This document shows positions 23,976 to 32,000 of a DNA stretch of 32,000 nt, one piece after another; positions within the stretch are counted from its first letter, which is position 1, and every line of letters begins with the position of its first letter. The position numbers and the translations under genes were made by a program. The notes beneath the pieces are model-generated. The model saw only the letters and a list, made by a program, of their open reading frames with translations. It did no database searches and had not been told where the DNA came from. Source of the DNA: Methylorubrum extorquens (GTDB taxonomy: Bacteria; Pseudomonadota; Alphaproteobacteria; Rhizobiales; Beijerinckiaceae); the NCBI GenBank assembly GCA_900234795.1, contig LT962688.1, positions 2,940,001-2,972,000 on the forward strand, in the 5' to 3' direction.

Positions 23976-24779
23976 TTAAGGCTGAGAATTGGCATTTTGC
24001 TCAGCCTCTTCCAATTCCTTTATTCTACGCTCCAAGTATACATGATTCTCGATCATTACCTTGGCTATTATCAAAGCTGATCGCAACCCCCCTGGCGTCG
24101 ATCCGACTCCTTTGAAATCACCCCGCGCATATTCAAATAGCGCCGAGGCCCTAGCGTGTATGACAGCCGCATCATAAATCCCGTTTTCTATATGTAGATT
24201 GCGATATGGAGCCGAGAGCGATCCGTCCATGACCTCAACCAACCCCTTCATCCTAGCAAGCTGTATTTGTGAGATTGCGATCAGATCTGCAATCTCCTTT
24301 GCTATTAATTGATCAGAGCTTCTGACAGCATCCTGAAGCGGTAAAATGACAGCAGTTGGAAATACTGGCACATTATAGCTTGGCCAAGGCGGCATAGCTG
24401 TATCAATTGTCTTTACACCGTCTAGGCGCTGCATACATTCAACTGCATATTCGCAGATTGCGCTCAATGATAGCGGCAGTACTGCTCTAGCAGCATGAGC
24501 TTCTCGATCGTCACGTTTCGCTGCGGATATCTCACCTTGGTTAACTTGCCATCGAATTGCTCGATACGCGACGATTGCAGCAGCGAGTGTTGCGATCGCA
24601 CCAATTAGACTTTGATATCTGTTGAACCAGTATTCAATACAACCATGCGCCTCATCCCTCCCAACAGCTTTAGCGGCAATTGTAGTACAATATCCGTCGT
24701 CCGCAGCACTAAACAATATTAAAAGACAAATCATAGAGACGACGAGAGCAAGGCGAAAAATGAAAAAGTTCGAAGACAT
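23976..24779 (-). CDS. AT-rich orphan membrane protein, 267 aa, two N-terminal TM helices plus a helical soluble domain; function unknown
   Basis: The TM helices are FFIFRLALVVSMICLLILFSA and LIGAIATLAAAIVAYRAI. The gene is antisense to the late operon and is one of the most AT-rich genes in the window, comparable to the AIPR gene. Confidence 0.7.
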   Translation of the reverse strand: MSSNFFIFRLALVVSMICLLILFSAADDGYCTTIAAKAVGRDEAHGCIEYWFNRYQSLIGAIATLAAAIVAYRAIRWQVNQGEISAAKRDDREAHAARAVLPLSLSAICEYAVECMQRLDGVKTIDTAMPPWPSYNVPVFPTAVILPLQDAVRSSDQLIAKEIADLIAISQIQLARMKGLVEVMDGSLSAPYRNLHIENGIYDAAVIHARASALFEYARGDFKGVGSTPGGLRSALIIAKVMIENHVYLERRIKELEEAEQNANSQP

Positions 24780-24994
24780 TGCAGGCTCGATATCGCGGGA
24801 CGCTTTGTAGCTGGGTCTCTGGGGAACGACGGCGTACAGTCTCGTCGTCGTATCGCCCAGTCGTTGATAGGACGACCTCTCATGGGCCGACCAGCCCGGG
24901 GGGGGCGAAAGTTCGAGGCAAACCGGGCCAAGACCGGTTGTTTAGTCTCCTTTTCGCGCGTGCGATTTGGAGACAAAAAGTTGAGGGTCCTGAG

Positions 24995-25450
24995 ATGGCG
25001 GGTCGCAAGCGCAAACCGGATGCGCTGAAGCAACTCGCGGGCACTGCGCAGCCCTGCCGCATGAACCCAGACGCGCCGACGGCGAGCGAGGGTGAGCCCG
25101 ATGCGCCGGAATGGCTGAGTGAGCGCGCGGCGGAGATCTTCGACCAGCTCACCGCCATCATCGCCGGAATGGGGATCGCATCTCCCGACGATACGGCGAT
25201 GTTGTCGATGCTGGCGTCCCGCCTCGAGGAGGTGGAGGTCTGCACCGCGGTGATCGAAGACCTGGGCCGCGTCTACACCTCGGAGACGAAGAGCGGGACC
25301 ATGGTGCGCGGGCGGCCCGAGGTCGCCATGCGCAGCGAGGCGATGCGGCACGCGCAGTCGCTGCTCTCCGAGTTCGGGCTGTCGCCGGCGGCGCGCTCGA
25401 AGGTCTCGGCCGTCACACCGCCCGAGTCCAACCCATTCAACGATCTCTGA
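24995..25450 (+). CDS. Terminase small subunit (P27 family-like)
   Basis: The ATG at 24995 gives MAGRKRKPDALKQLAGTAQPCRMNPDAP...SEFGLSPAARSKV. The gene lies immediately upstream of TerL. Confidence 0.85.
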   Translation: MAGRKRKPDALKQLAGTAQPCRMNPDAPTASEGEPDAPEWLSERAAEIFDQLTAIIAGMGIASPDDTAMLSMLASRLEEVEVCTAVIEDLGRVYTSETKSGTMVRGRPEVAMRSEAMRHAQSLLSEFGLSPAARSKVSAVTPPESNPFNDL

Positions 25451-25465
25451 GGTAGGCGCGGGTGC

Positions 25466-27217
25466 ATGACGACGGGGTGCCCGCACGTCGCAGCTGCGCA
25501 CGGCTATGCGCGCGACGTGGTCGCCGGCACTGTCCCGGCCTGCAAATGGATCGTGCTCACCTGTCGGCGCCACCTCGACGATCTCGTCAAACAGTACGTT
25601 GATGGGTTCCCGTACCGCTTCGACGAGCGGAAGGCCTCGAAGGTCTGCAAGTTCGTCCAGTTGATGCCCCACACCAAGGGGAAGTGGGCACGCAAGGCCG
25701 AGCGGCTGAAGCTTGAACCCTGGCAGTTGTTCAAGACGGCCGCTCTGTTCGGATGGGTGCGCAAGTCCGACGGCCTGCGCCGCTACCGCAAGGCGTTCTT
25801 CCTCATTCCTCGGAAGAACGCCAAGAGCACCTGGGCGGCCGGCGTCGGGCTCTACATGTTCGCTGCCGATGGCGAGCACGGTTCTGAGGTCTATTCCGGC
25901 GCCACGTCGGAGAAGCAGGCCTGGGAGGTGTTCCGCCCGGCCAAGCTGATGGCGCAAAAGACGCCGCAGCTCGTCTCCGCGTTCGGGATCTCGGTCAACG
26001 CCAAGAACCTGCACATCCTCGGCAACGGCTCGCGGTTCGAGCCGATGATCGGCACGCCGGGTGATGGCGCTTCGCCATCGTGTTCGATCCACGACGAGTA
26101 CCACGAGCACGAGACCGACGTGCAGGTGGACACGATGGAAACCGGCATGGGCGCGCGTGAGCAGCCCTTGTTGGTCATCATCACCACCGCCGGCGACAAC
26201 CTCGCCGGCCCCTGCTACGCGCTGCAGCTCGAAGCGCAGAAGGTGCTCGAAGGCGTCCTCGACGACCCCGAGCTGTTCTCGCTGATCTACACGGTCGATC
26301 CCGACGACGATTGGACGTCGGATCTGGCCCTGCGCAAGGCAAACCCGAATTTCGACGTTTCGGTCTCGGGCGAATACTTGCAGACACGCCAGCGCGCGGC
26401 ACGCAACAACGCCCGCAAGGCCGGCGTCTTCAAGACGAAGCACCTCAATGTGTGGGTGCAGTCGCGGGCGGCCTACTTCAACGTCCAGCGCTGGATGGAG
26501 AGCGCCCGGCCCGGGCTGAAGATCGAGGACTTCAAGGGCCAGCCCTGCCGGGTCGGCATGGACCTGGCATCCAAGGTCGATATCGCGGCCTTGGAGGTGA
26601 TCTTCGAGCTATCTCGCTGCGATTGCCCGGCCGCTGCCGAGCTGCGCGAGGCCGGGTTCCAGTACGCGCGCTTCGGGCTCTACTTCCTGCCCGAGGCCGC
26701 GATCGAGGCGGGCGAGGCCGAGCACTACCGCGGTTGGCGCGACGCGCCTGAGAAGTGGATCGTTCAGACCGACGGCGAGATGATCGACTACTTCGCAATC
26801 CTCGACGCGATCGCGGGGGAGGAGGGCGAGGACGGCAAGCGTCACGGCGGCCTGCGCGGGGACTACCAGCTCGAAGAGGTGGCGTTCGATCCGGCACAGG
26901 CGACCATGCTGGTCACGGCGCTGACGAACGAAGGAATCCCCTGCATCGAGGTCCGGCCGCTGGTGCTGAATTTCAGCGAGCCGATGAAGCAGATGGACGG
27001 GTTGATCCGCTCTCGGGCAATCGCCCATGCGGCCGACCCCGTCTTTACCTGGATGCTGTCCAACGTCGTCGCCAAGGCCGACGCGAAGGACAACGTCTAT
27101 CCGCGCAAAGAGCGTGCGGAGAACAAGATCGACGGCCCTGTGGCGCACATGATGGCGCTGGCCCGGCACATGTCGGGTGAGGAGCAGGGCCGCAGCAAGG
27201 GCTTCATCGACTATTGA
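25466..27217 (+). CDS. Terminase large subunit
   Basis: The protein is 583 aa. It has a Walker-like IPRKNAKST, the IHDEYHEH motif and a nuclease-domain region, and sits in the canonical position. Confidence 0.95.
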   Translation: MTTGCPHVAAAHGYARDVVAGTVPACKWIVLTCRRHLDDLVKQYVDGFPYRFDERKASKVCKFVQLMPHTKGKWARKAERLKLEPWQLFKTAALFGWVRKSDGLRRYRKAFFLIPRKNAKSTWAAGVGLYMFAADGEHGSEVYSGATSEKQAWEVFRPAKLMAQKTPQLVSAFGISVNAKNLHILGNGSRFEPMIGTPGDGASPSCSIHDEYHEHETDVQVDTMETGMGAREQPLLVIITTAGDNLAGPCYALQLEAQKVLEGVLDDPELFSLIYTVDPDDDWTSDLALRKANPNFDVSVSGEYLQTRQRAARNNARKAGVFKTKHLNVWVQSRAAYFNVQRWMESARPGLKIEDFKGQPCRVGMDLASKVDIAALEVIFELSRCDCPAAAELREAGFQYARFGLYFLPEAAIEAGEAEHYRGWRDAPEKWIVQTDGEMIDYFAILDAIAGEEGEDGKRHGGLRGDYQLEEVAFDPAQATMLVTALTNEGIPCIEVRPLVLNFSEPMKQMDGLIRSRAIAHAADPVFTWMLSNVVAKADAKDNVYPRKERAENKIDGPVAHMMALARHMSGEEQGRSKGFIDY

Positions 27218-27226
27218 GGAGGCCCG

Positions 27227-28504
27227 ATGGCCTGGTCATTGTTCGGCCGGCGCCGCAAGGCCGAGGCCACTTCCGTCGAAGCGTCGACGTCGTTCGTGTC
27301 CTCGGATGCTGAGGCCTGGGACCGGATGCTTCCCGGTGGCCTCGGCGGCTCCATCTCGCCGGCGACGGCGATGCGCCACTCGGCGGTCTACCGGTGCGTG
27401 TCGATCTTGGCCTTCGCCTCGGCGATGCTGCCGCTGAAGACATATCGCGAGCTGGACGACGGCGATCGCGAGAGCGACTCCAGGCCGCCGGCGGCCGACC
27501 TTCTCCGCATCCGGCCCAACCCGCGAATGTCTCGCACCATGTGGGTGCGCTCGACGATCGCGCAGATGCTCCTGGAGGGCAACGGGGTCTCTTGGATCGA
27601 GCGGCGCGCCTCGGGCGAGCCGATCGCGCTTTGGCCGGTGCCGTTCCACCGGGTCCGGATCAGCCTTCACAACGACCGGCTCCGCTACGGCCTCACGCTC
27701 GACGACGGCCGCGCCATCGTCTGCGATCAGGACGATGTGCTCCACGTTCCCGGCTCGGCCGAGTGGGACGGGCTGAAGGCGAAGACGCCGATCCAGGCGA
27801 TGGGGAGCGCGGTCGGGCTCGGCATCGAGGCCGACCGGTTCGCGCGCAAGTATTTCGAGAACGACGCCACGCCGTCGGGGTACGTCAGCTACCCCGCCGG
27901 CGCCAAGATCGGCGCCCCCGAGAAGGAAGAGTTCCGCGGCTACTGGCGCCGGACCTTCGGTGGCGAGGGGCGGCACTCCGGCCCGGCCGTCCTCGACCAG
28001 GGCGGCGAGTACAAGGTCATCCCGATCTCGGCGCAGGACGCCCAGCTGCTCGATACCCGCCGGTTCCAGATCGAGGACATCGCCCGGATCTTCGGCGTGC
28101 CGCGCTTCCTCCTCGGGATGGACGAAACGAGCTGGGGCTCGGGCATCGAGGCGCTCGGCATCGGCTTCGTGACCTACACCCTCGATCCGCACCTCTGCGC
28201 CATCGAGGACGAGGTCAACCACAAGCTCTACGGCCGCGGCCGTCCGGCCCGACCGGGACCGAACGCGGCCCGCTACCTCGCCGAGTTCGACCGGGACGTC
28301 CTGGTGCGCGGCAACATCGAGAGCCGGTTCAAGGCGTACCGCCTGGCCCTCGGCGGCTCGTCCGGCCCGGGCTGGATGACCGCCAACGAGGTGCGCCGCA
28401 AGCAGAACGACCGCGCGAGGCCCGAGGGCGACACGCTCGCCACCTGGACCGGGCCGGCAAAGCAGGGATCGAGCGACAGTGAAGAAAATCCTCCAACTGC
28501 TTGA
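27227..28504 (+). CDS. HK97-family portal protein
   Basis: The protein is 425 aa and contains ...LLEGNGVSWIERR...YFENDATPSGYV...RFQIEDIARIFGVP.... It follows TerL. Confidence 0.93.
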   Translation: MAWSLFGRRRKAEATSVEASTSFVSSDAEAWDRMLPGGLGGSISPATAMRHSAVYRCVSILAFASAMLPLKTYRELDDGDRESDSRPPAADLLRIRPNPRMSRTMWVRSTIAQMLLEGNGVSWIERRASGEPIALWPVPFHRVRISLHNDRLRYGLTLDDGRAIVCDQDDVLHVPGSAEWDGLKAKTPIQAMGSAVGLGIEADRFARKYFENDATPSGYVSYPAGAKIGAPEKEEFRGYWRRTFGGEGRHSGPAVLDQGGEYKVIPISAQDAQLLDTRRFQIEDIARIFGVPRFLLGMDETSWGSGIEALGIGFVTYTLDPHLCAIEDEVNHKLYGRGRPARPGPNAARYLAEFDRDVLVRGNIESRFKAYRLALGGSSGPGWMTANEVRRKQNDRARPEGDTLATWTGPAKQGSSDSEENPPTA

Positions 28505-29261
28505 GGCCAACCGCGATCGGGGCAGCTTCCGCGTCAAGGCGGAAGAAGGCTCGGACGAGGCGACGATCTACGTCTACGGTGCGATCGGCGACTACTACGG
28601 CATCGATGCACAGACCTTCGTGCGCGAGCTGGCGGCGATCGAGGCCTCGACGATCCACCTCCGGATCAACAGCCCGGGCGGCGACGTGTTCGCGGCCCGC
28701 GCCATGAAGACGGCGCTCGAGCAGCACGCGGCAAAGGTGGTCGCGCATATCGACGGGCTCGCGGCCTCGGCCGCTTCCTTCCTGATGCTGGCGGCCGACG
28801 AGATCGAGATCTCGGAGGGCGCCTTCGTGATGATCCACCTTCCGTGGACCTTCGCCGTCGGCAGTGCCGACGATCTGCGGGCTTCGGCCGCGGTGCTCGA
28901 CAAGGTCGGCGAAGCGATTGTCGGCGACTATGTGCGCCGCACCGGCAAGGACGCGGACGAGGTCCTGGCCTGGATGAAGGCCGAGACGTGGTTCACCGCT
29001 GACGAGGCCGTCGCCGAAGGCTTCTGCGACCGCAAGGCCGGCGAGACCGCCGCGCCCGCGGACCCGGAGCAGGAAGAGCCTCCGCAGGAGCCGGCCGAGC
29101 CGGATCAGGAGGCGCCGCCGGCGAGCAACCTGTTCGACCTCTCGGCCTATCGCAACGCTCCGCGCGCGCTGAAACAGCGGGCGCGGACCCACTTCGACGC
29201 GCTCGCCGCCGATCGGCAGCGTGCCGAAGCGCGCCTCGCCCTGATCGAGCGCGCCGCCTGA
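28479..29261 (+). CDS. ClpP/S49-like head maturation protease
   Basis: The protein contains IYVYGAIGDYYGIDAQTF...INSPGGDVFAARAM...DGLAASAASFL. Confidence 0.9.
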   Translation: MKKILQLLEANRDRGSFRVKAEEGSDEATIYVYGAIGDYYGIDAQTFVRELAAIEASTIHLRINSPGGDVFAARAMKTALEQHAAKVVAHIDGLAASAASFLMLAADEIEISEGAFVMIHLPWTFAVGSADDLRASAAVLDKVGEAIVGDYVRRTGKDADEVLAWMKAETWFTADEAVAEGFCDRKAGETAAPADPEQEEPPQEPAEPDQEAPPASNLFDLSAYRNAPRALKQRARTHFDALAADRQRAEARLALIERAA

Positions 29262-29337
29262 AACGCCGGCGCGCCGGCTCCGCAGCATCCCGAGACACAG
29301 CCGCCCGAGGGCGGCATTTTTTTTGGAGAACAGGACG

Positions 29338-30591
29338 ATGACGCAGTCCATTCAGGCCCTGCGCGAAGAGCGCGCCGCCAAGGCCCGCGAGGCCCGCAAC
29401 ATCCTGGAGAGCAAGACCGGCAAGGATTGGACCGAGGCGGTCAAGAACCAGGTCGACGGCATCTATGCCGAGATCGACCGGCTCGACGATCAGATCTCGC
29501 GTCACGATCGCATCCTCACGATCGAGGACAGCCTCGAGCAGCGCGCCGGCGGCGTCGCCGATCGTGACGGCCGCTCGGTGGACGAGAACACGGCGATCCT
29601 GGCCCGCGAGAAGGGCATCTTCAATGCCTGGGCCCGCAGCGGCTACGAGGGCCTGGACGACGCGCAGCGCGCCCATGTGAAGGCTCGCCGCGACGAGGCC
29701 CAGCGCATCTACGGCGCGCAGTCCGTCGGCACCGGCTCGGCCGGCGGCTTCCTCGCCCCGCGCGACTTCTCCGCCACCCTGATCGAGCGCATGGCCGCGT
29801 TCGGCGGGATGCGCGAGGTCGCGCAGGTGATCCAGACCGACTCGGGGAACGCGATCGACTATCCGACCGTGGACGAGACCGGCAACGAGGGCGAGATCGT
29901 CGGCGAGAGCATCGCGGCCAGCGCCGGCGACATCACCTTCGGTACCGTCGATATCGGTGCCTACAAGTACTCCTCGAAGGTGGTGGTGGTGCCGCTGGAG
30001 CTGCTGCAGGACAGCCGCATCGACATCGAGAGCTACGTCAACGTCGCCCTCGCCAACCGCCTCGCTCGCGTCACCAACCGTCACTTCACCGTCGGCACCG
30101 GCGTCGGCCAGCCCCGCGGCGCCGTGGTCGCGGCGGGTGCCGGCAAGGTCGGCCCGGCCGGGCAGCTCGCCAGCATCACCTACGACGACTTCGTGGACCT
30201 GGAGCATTCCGTCGATCCGGCCTACCGGACGAACGGCCGCTACATGTTCCACGATCAGTCGCTGAAGGCGGTGAAGAAGCTGAAGGACGGCCAGGGCCGC
30301 CCGCTGTGGCGCCCGGGCGTGACCGGTGGCGATGCCAACGACATCCTCGGCTACGGCTACACCATCAACCAGCACATGCCGCAGATGGGCGCCGGCGCGA
30401 AGTCGGTGCTGTTCGGCGACTTCAAGAAGTACCTGATCCGCGACGTCATGGCGGTGACGCTCTTCCGGTTCGCCGACAGCCGCTACCTCGAAAAGGGCCA
30501 GGTCGCCTTCCTGGCCTGGTCGCGGCACGACGGCGACCTGATCGACGCCTCGAACGACGCGCTGAAGGCCTTCCAGCACGCCGGCGCCTGA
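29338..30591 (+). CDS. HK97-family major capsid protein
   Basis: GGAG lies 9 nt upstream of ATG 29338. An N-terminal delta-like coiled coil is followed by ...GGFLAPRDFS...VVVVPLELLQDS...WRPG.... The computed ORF starts at 29323. Confidence 0.93.
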   Translation: MTQSIQALREERAAKAREARNILESKTGKDWTEAVKNQVDGIYAEIDRLDDQISRHDRILTIEDSLEQRAGGVADRDGRSVDENTAILAREKGIFNAWARSGYEGLDDAQRAHVKARRDEAQRIYGAQSVGTGSAGGFLAPRDFSATLIERMAAFGGMREVAQVIQTDSGNAIDYPTVDETGNEGEIVGESIAASAGDITFGTVDIGAYKYSSKVVVVPLELLQDSRIDIESYVNVALANRLARVTNRHFTVGTGVGQPRGAVVAAGAGKVGPAGQLASITYDDFVDLEHSVDPAYRTNGRYMFHDQSLKAVKKLKDGQGRPLWRPGVTGGDANDILGYGYTINQHMPQMGAGAKSVLFGDFKKYLIRDVMAVTLFRFADSRYLEKGQVAFLAWSRHDGDLIDASNDALKAFQHAGA

Positions 30592-30599
30592 GGCTCACT

Positions 30600-30624
30600 G
30601 CCGGGCGGTCCCACGCCGCCCGGC
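30600..30624 (+). other. 9-bp GC stem-loop after the capsid gene, without a T-tract
   Basis: GCCGGGCGG (30600-30608) pairs with CCGCCCGGC (30616-30624) over a 7-nt loop. It may be an attenuator or an RNA-stability element. Confidence 0.4.
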
Positions 30625-30657
30625 CCCGTTCCACCATCGTAAAATCGGAGCCGGACC

Positions 30658-30957
30658 ATGAAAGTCCGCATGTTGACCGCCATGGCCGGCGACGTGTCCT
30701 ACGGGCACGGCGAAATCGTCACCGTCGAGGACCGTGTCGGCGAGGCCTGGATCAAGGCCGGGATCGCCGAGGTGGCACCGACGGCCGCGGCATCGGAGAA
30801 GGCCGCCAAGGATCTGCGCGCCCGCGTCGCCGAGCTGGAGACCGCGCTCGCCGACGCCGAGGCCGACCGCGATGCCCTGCGCATCCAGGTCGCCGCCCTC
30901 GCGGAGCAGAACGCCGCGCTGACCTTGGGTGCGACCACCGGCGCCGCAAACGCCTAA
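30658..30957 (+). CDS. Hypothetical head-module protein (N-terminal small domain plus coiled coil)
   Basis: GGAG lies upstream of the ATG. The 99-aa ORF is intact and sits between the capsid and connector genes. Confidence 0.6.
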   Translation: MKVRMLTAMAGDVSYGHGEIVTVEDRVGEAWIKAGIAEVAPTAAASEKAAKDLRARVAELETALADAEADRDALRIQVAALAEQNAALTLGATTGAANA

Positions 30958-31002
30958 TCGCCGTCCACGGCCCGCTCTGGCGATCCTACGGGTATTCCGC
31001 AC

Positions 31003-31653
31003 ATGTACCGCAACGCCTTCAGCAGCCGCCAGCCCGCGGCGCCGCTGGTCTATGTGCGCGTCACCCCGCCGGCGGGTGAGGTGGTCGCTCTCGCCCGAGC
31101 TCGCGCGCATCTCCGCCTCGACCCGGCCGACGCCGATCCCTTGGAGATCGATCTCCTCGAGGCGGCGATCGCCGGCGCGGTCGGGCACCTGGACGGCCGC
31201 GGCCACGGTGCGCTCGGGCGGGCGCTGCTGACCCAGAGTTGGCAGGCGACCGGTGATCGCCCGGCCGACGATGCCGCTGGCCGGATGCCGGGCTTCGTCC
31301 TGGAGCTTCCACCGCTGCGCGAGGTGGAGAAGGTCGAGCGGCGTGTCGGCGGGCAGTATCAGGAGCTGCCGGCCGGCGCATGGGAGACCGTGCGCCTTCC
31401 AGCAGAGCGGGTCGCCGTCATCCCCGCCGGCGGCACGTCCTGGCCCGAGGCCGACGTCCACCCGGCCGCGTGGCGCATCACGTTCGCGGCCGGCTACGGC
31501 GCCGGCGACGACGTGCCGGCTCCCATCCGCGCCGCGATCCTGCTGATGGTCGCGGATCTCTACGACAACCGGGACGGCAAGACGCAAGCGAACCTCGTCG
31601 ATAACCCGACGGTCGAGCGTCTGCTCAATCCCTTCCGCGCCATCGGGGTCTGA
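31003..31653 (+). CDS. Head-tail connector (gp6-like / phiE125 gp8-like) protein
   Basis: The protein contains ...ARAHLRLDPADADPLEIDLLEAAIAGAV...PAPIRAAILLMVADLYDNRD.... The start is uncertain. Confidence 0.75.
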   Translation: MYRNAFSSRQPAAPLVYVRVTPPAGEVVALARARAHLRLDPADADPLEIDLLEAAIAGAVGHLDGRGHGALGRALLTQSWQATGDRPADDAAGRMPGFVLELPPLREVEKVERRVGGQYQELPAGAWETVRLPAERVAVIPAGGTSWPEADVHPAAWRITFAAGYGAGDDVPAPIRAAILLMVADLYDNRDGKTQANLVDNPTVERLLNPFRAIGV

Positions 31654-31656
31654 GCC

Positions 31657-31986
31657 ATGCAGGCAGGCCAGCTCGACAAGCGCGTCACCTTCATGCGGCG
31701 CGAGCGCGTGCCCGGCAAATCAACCGATCGCGGTCCCTTCGCCGAGCTGCTGAAGGTCGCCTGCGCCTTCCGGCCGCTCTCGGGCCGGGCGCTCGCCGAG
31801 GCGGGTTCGCTCACCGATGCGATCGAGGGCAGCATTTGCGTGCGGGATACGGCCCGCACCCGCGGCCTCACCGTCGCCGATCGCGCCGTCATCGATGGCC
31901 GCGACATGGCAATCGAGTCGGTGCAGCCGTCCGACCGCTCGGGCTGGCTCTGGATCAAGGTGAGCCGCCGGAAGGCTTCGGCCTGA
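31657..31986 (+). CDS. Phage head closure / head-tail adaptor protein
   Basis: The pattern is MQAGQLDKRVTF...PFAELLKVACAFRPLSGRALAEAG...DRAVIDGRDMAIESV. Confidence 0.8.
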   Translation: MQAGQLDKRVTFMRRERVPGKSTDRGPFAELLKVACAFRPLSGRALAEAGSLTDAIEGSICVRDTARTRGLTVADRAVIDGRDMAIESVQPSDRSGWLWIKVSRRKASA

Positions 31987-32000
31987 TGGGCATCGGAGAT
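31986..32000 (+). CDS. 5' end of the next head/tail gene (partial)
   Basis: An ATG at 31986 overlaps the preceding TGA by 1 nt. Only 5 codons are visible. Confidence 0.3.

Larger units (their letters stand above)
8075..32000. mobile_element. Prophage integrated at the tRNA-Phe 3' end (HK97-type head module); extends beyond the window
   Basis: An integrase lies 29 bp from the tRNA 3' end, followed by Xis, a CI/Cro switch, replication genes and the terminase/portal/protease/capsid order. The right attachment site is not in the window. Confidence 0.9.

Noticed and set aside
24731-26443. 570-aa minus-strand ORF
   Set aside because: It is antisense to terS/terL. The translation is Arg/Gly/Ala/Leu-rich with no recognisable motifs, which is the typical shadow ORF of a GC-rich coding strand.
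27236-31587. Long minus-strand ORFs 27236..28537, 28329..29351, 28993..30579 and 30595..31587
   Set aside because: All are antisense to clearly identified portal, protease, capsid and connector genes. Their composition is low-complexity Arg/Pro/Gly/Ala.

Overview
High-GC chromosome segment, alphaproteobacterial or Rhizobiales-like by protein flavour (inference). A short core block, tRNA-Thr(CGU) / maf / yacG / tRNA-Phe(GAA) at 6777-8074, sits between two accessory regions.

(A) 1-6776. This starts with the tail end of a phage lysis cassette: an RlpA-like protein, an N-acetylmuramidase-family endolysin, a 3TM holin and a coiled-coil membrane protein. It is followed by a visibly AT-richer block of about 3 kb holding a decayed FkbH/HAD-IIIC-like gene and an orphan KpsM-like ABC-2 permease. 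A cluster of small unknown genes then abuts the 3' end of tRNA-Thr.

(B) 8075-32000+. This is a prophage integrated at the 3' end of tRNA-Phe, and it continues past the window end. In order it contains:
- a tyrosine integrase and an AlpA-like Xis;
- a leftward early operon of tightly overlapping small genes;
- a CI-like repressor and Cro-like divergent switch with identical 17-bp palindromes at both early promoters;
- a rightward early operon with an MT-A70 methyltransferase and an HTH replication protein carrying 24-bp iterons;
- an accessory stretch at 18754-24779 with an AT-rich AIPR abortive-infection gene, a second tyrosine recombinase with small companion ORFs, and two AT-rich orphan genes bracketing an HNH endonuclease;
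- an HK97-type packaging and head module: TerS, TerL, portal, ClpP-like protease, major capsid, connector and adaptor.

The most interesting stretch is 18754-24779, which combines a known Abi gene with uncharacterised AT-rich genes and a nested recombinase. At least six reading frames are broken at G/C homopolymer runs and two by in-frame stops, so sequence quality versus genuine decay must be resolved. No homology search, GC calculation or RNA-folding computation was possible. All family calls come from motif recognition in the translated ORFs.
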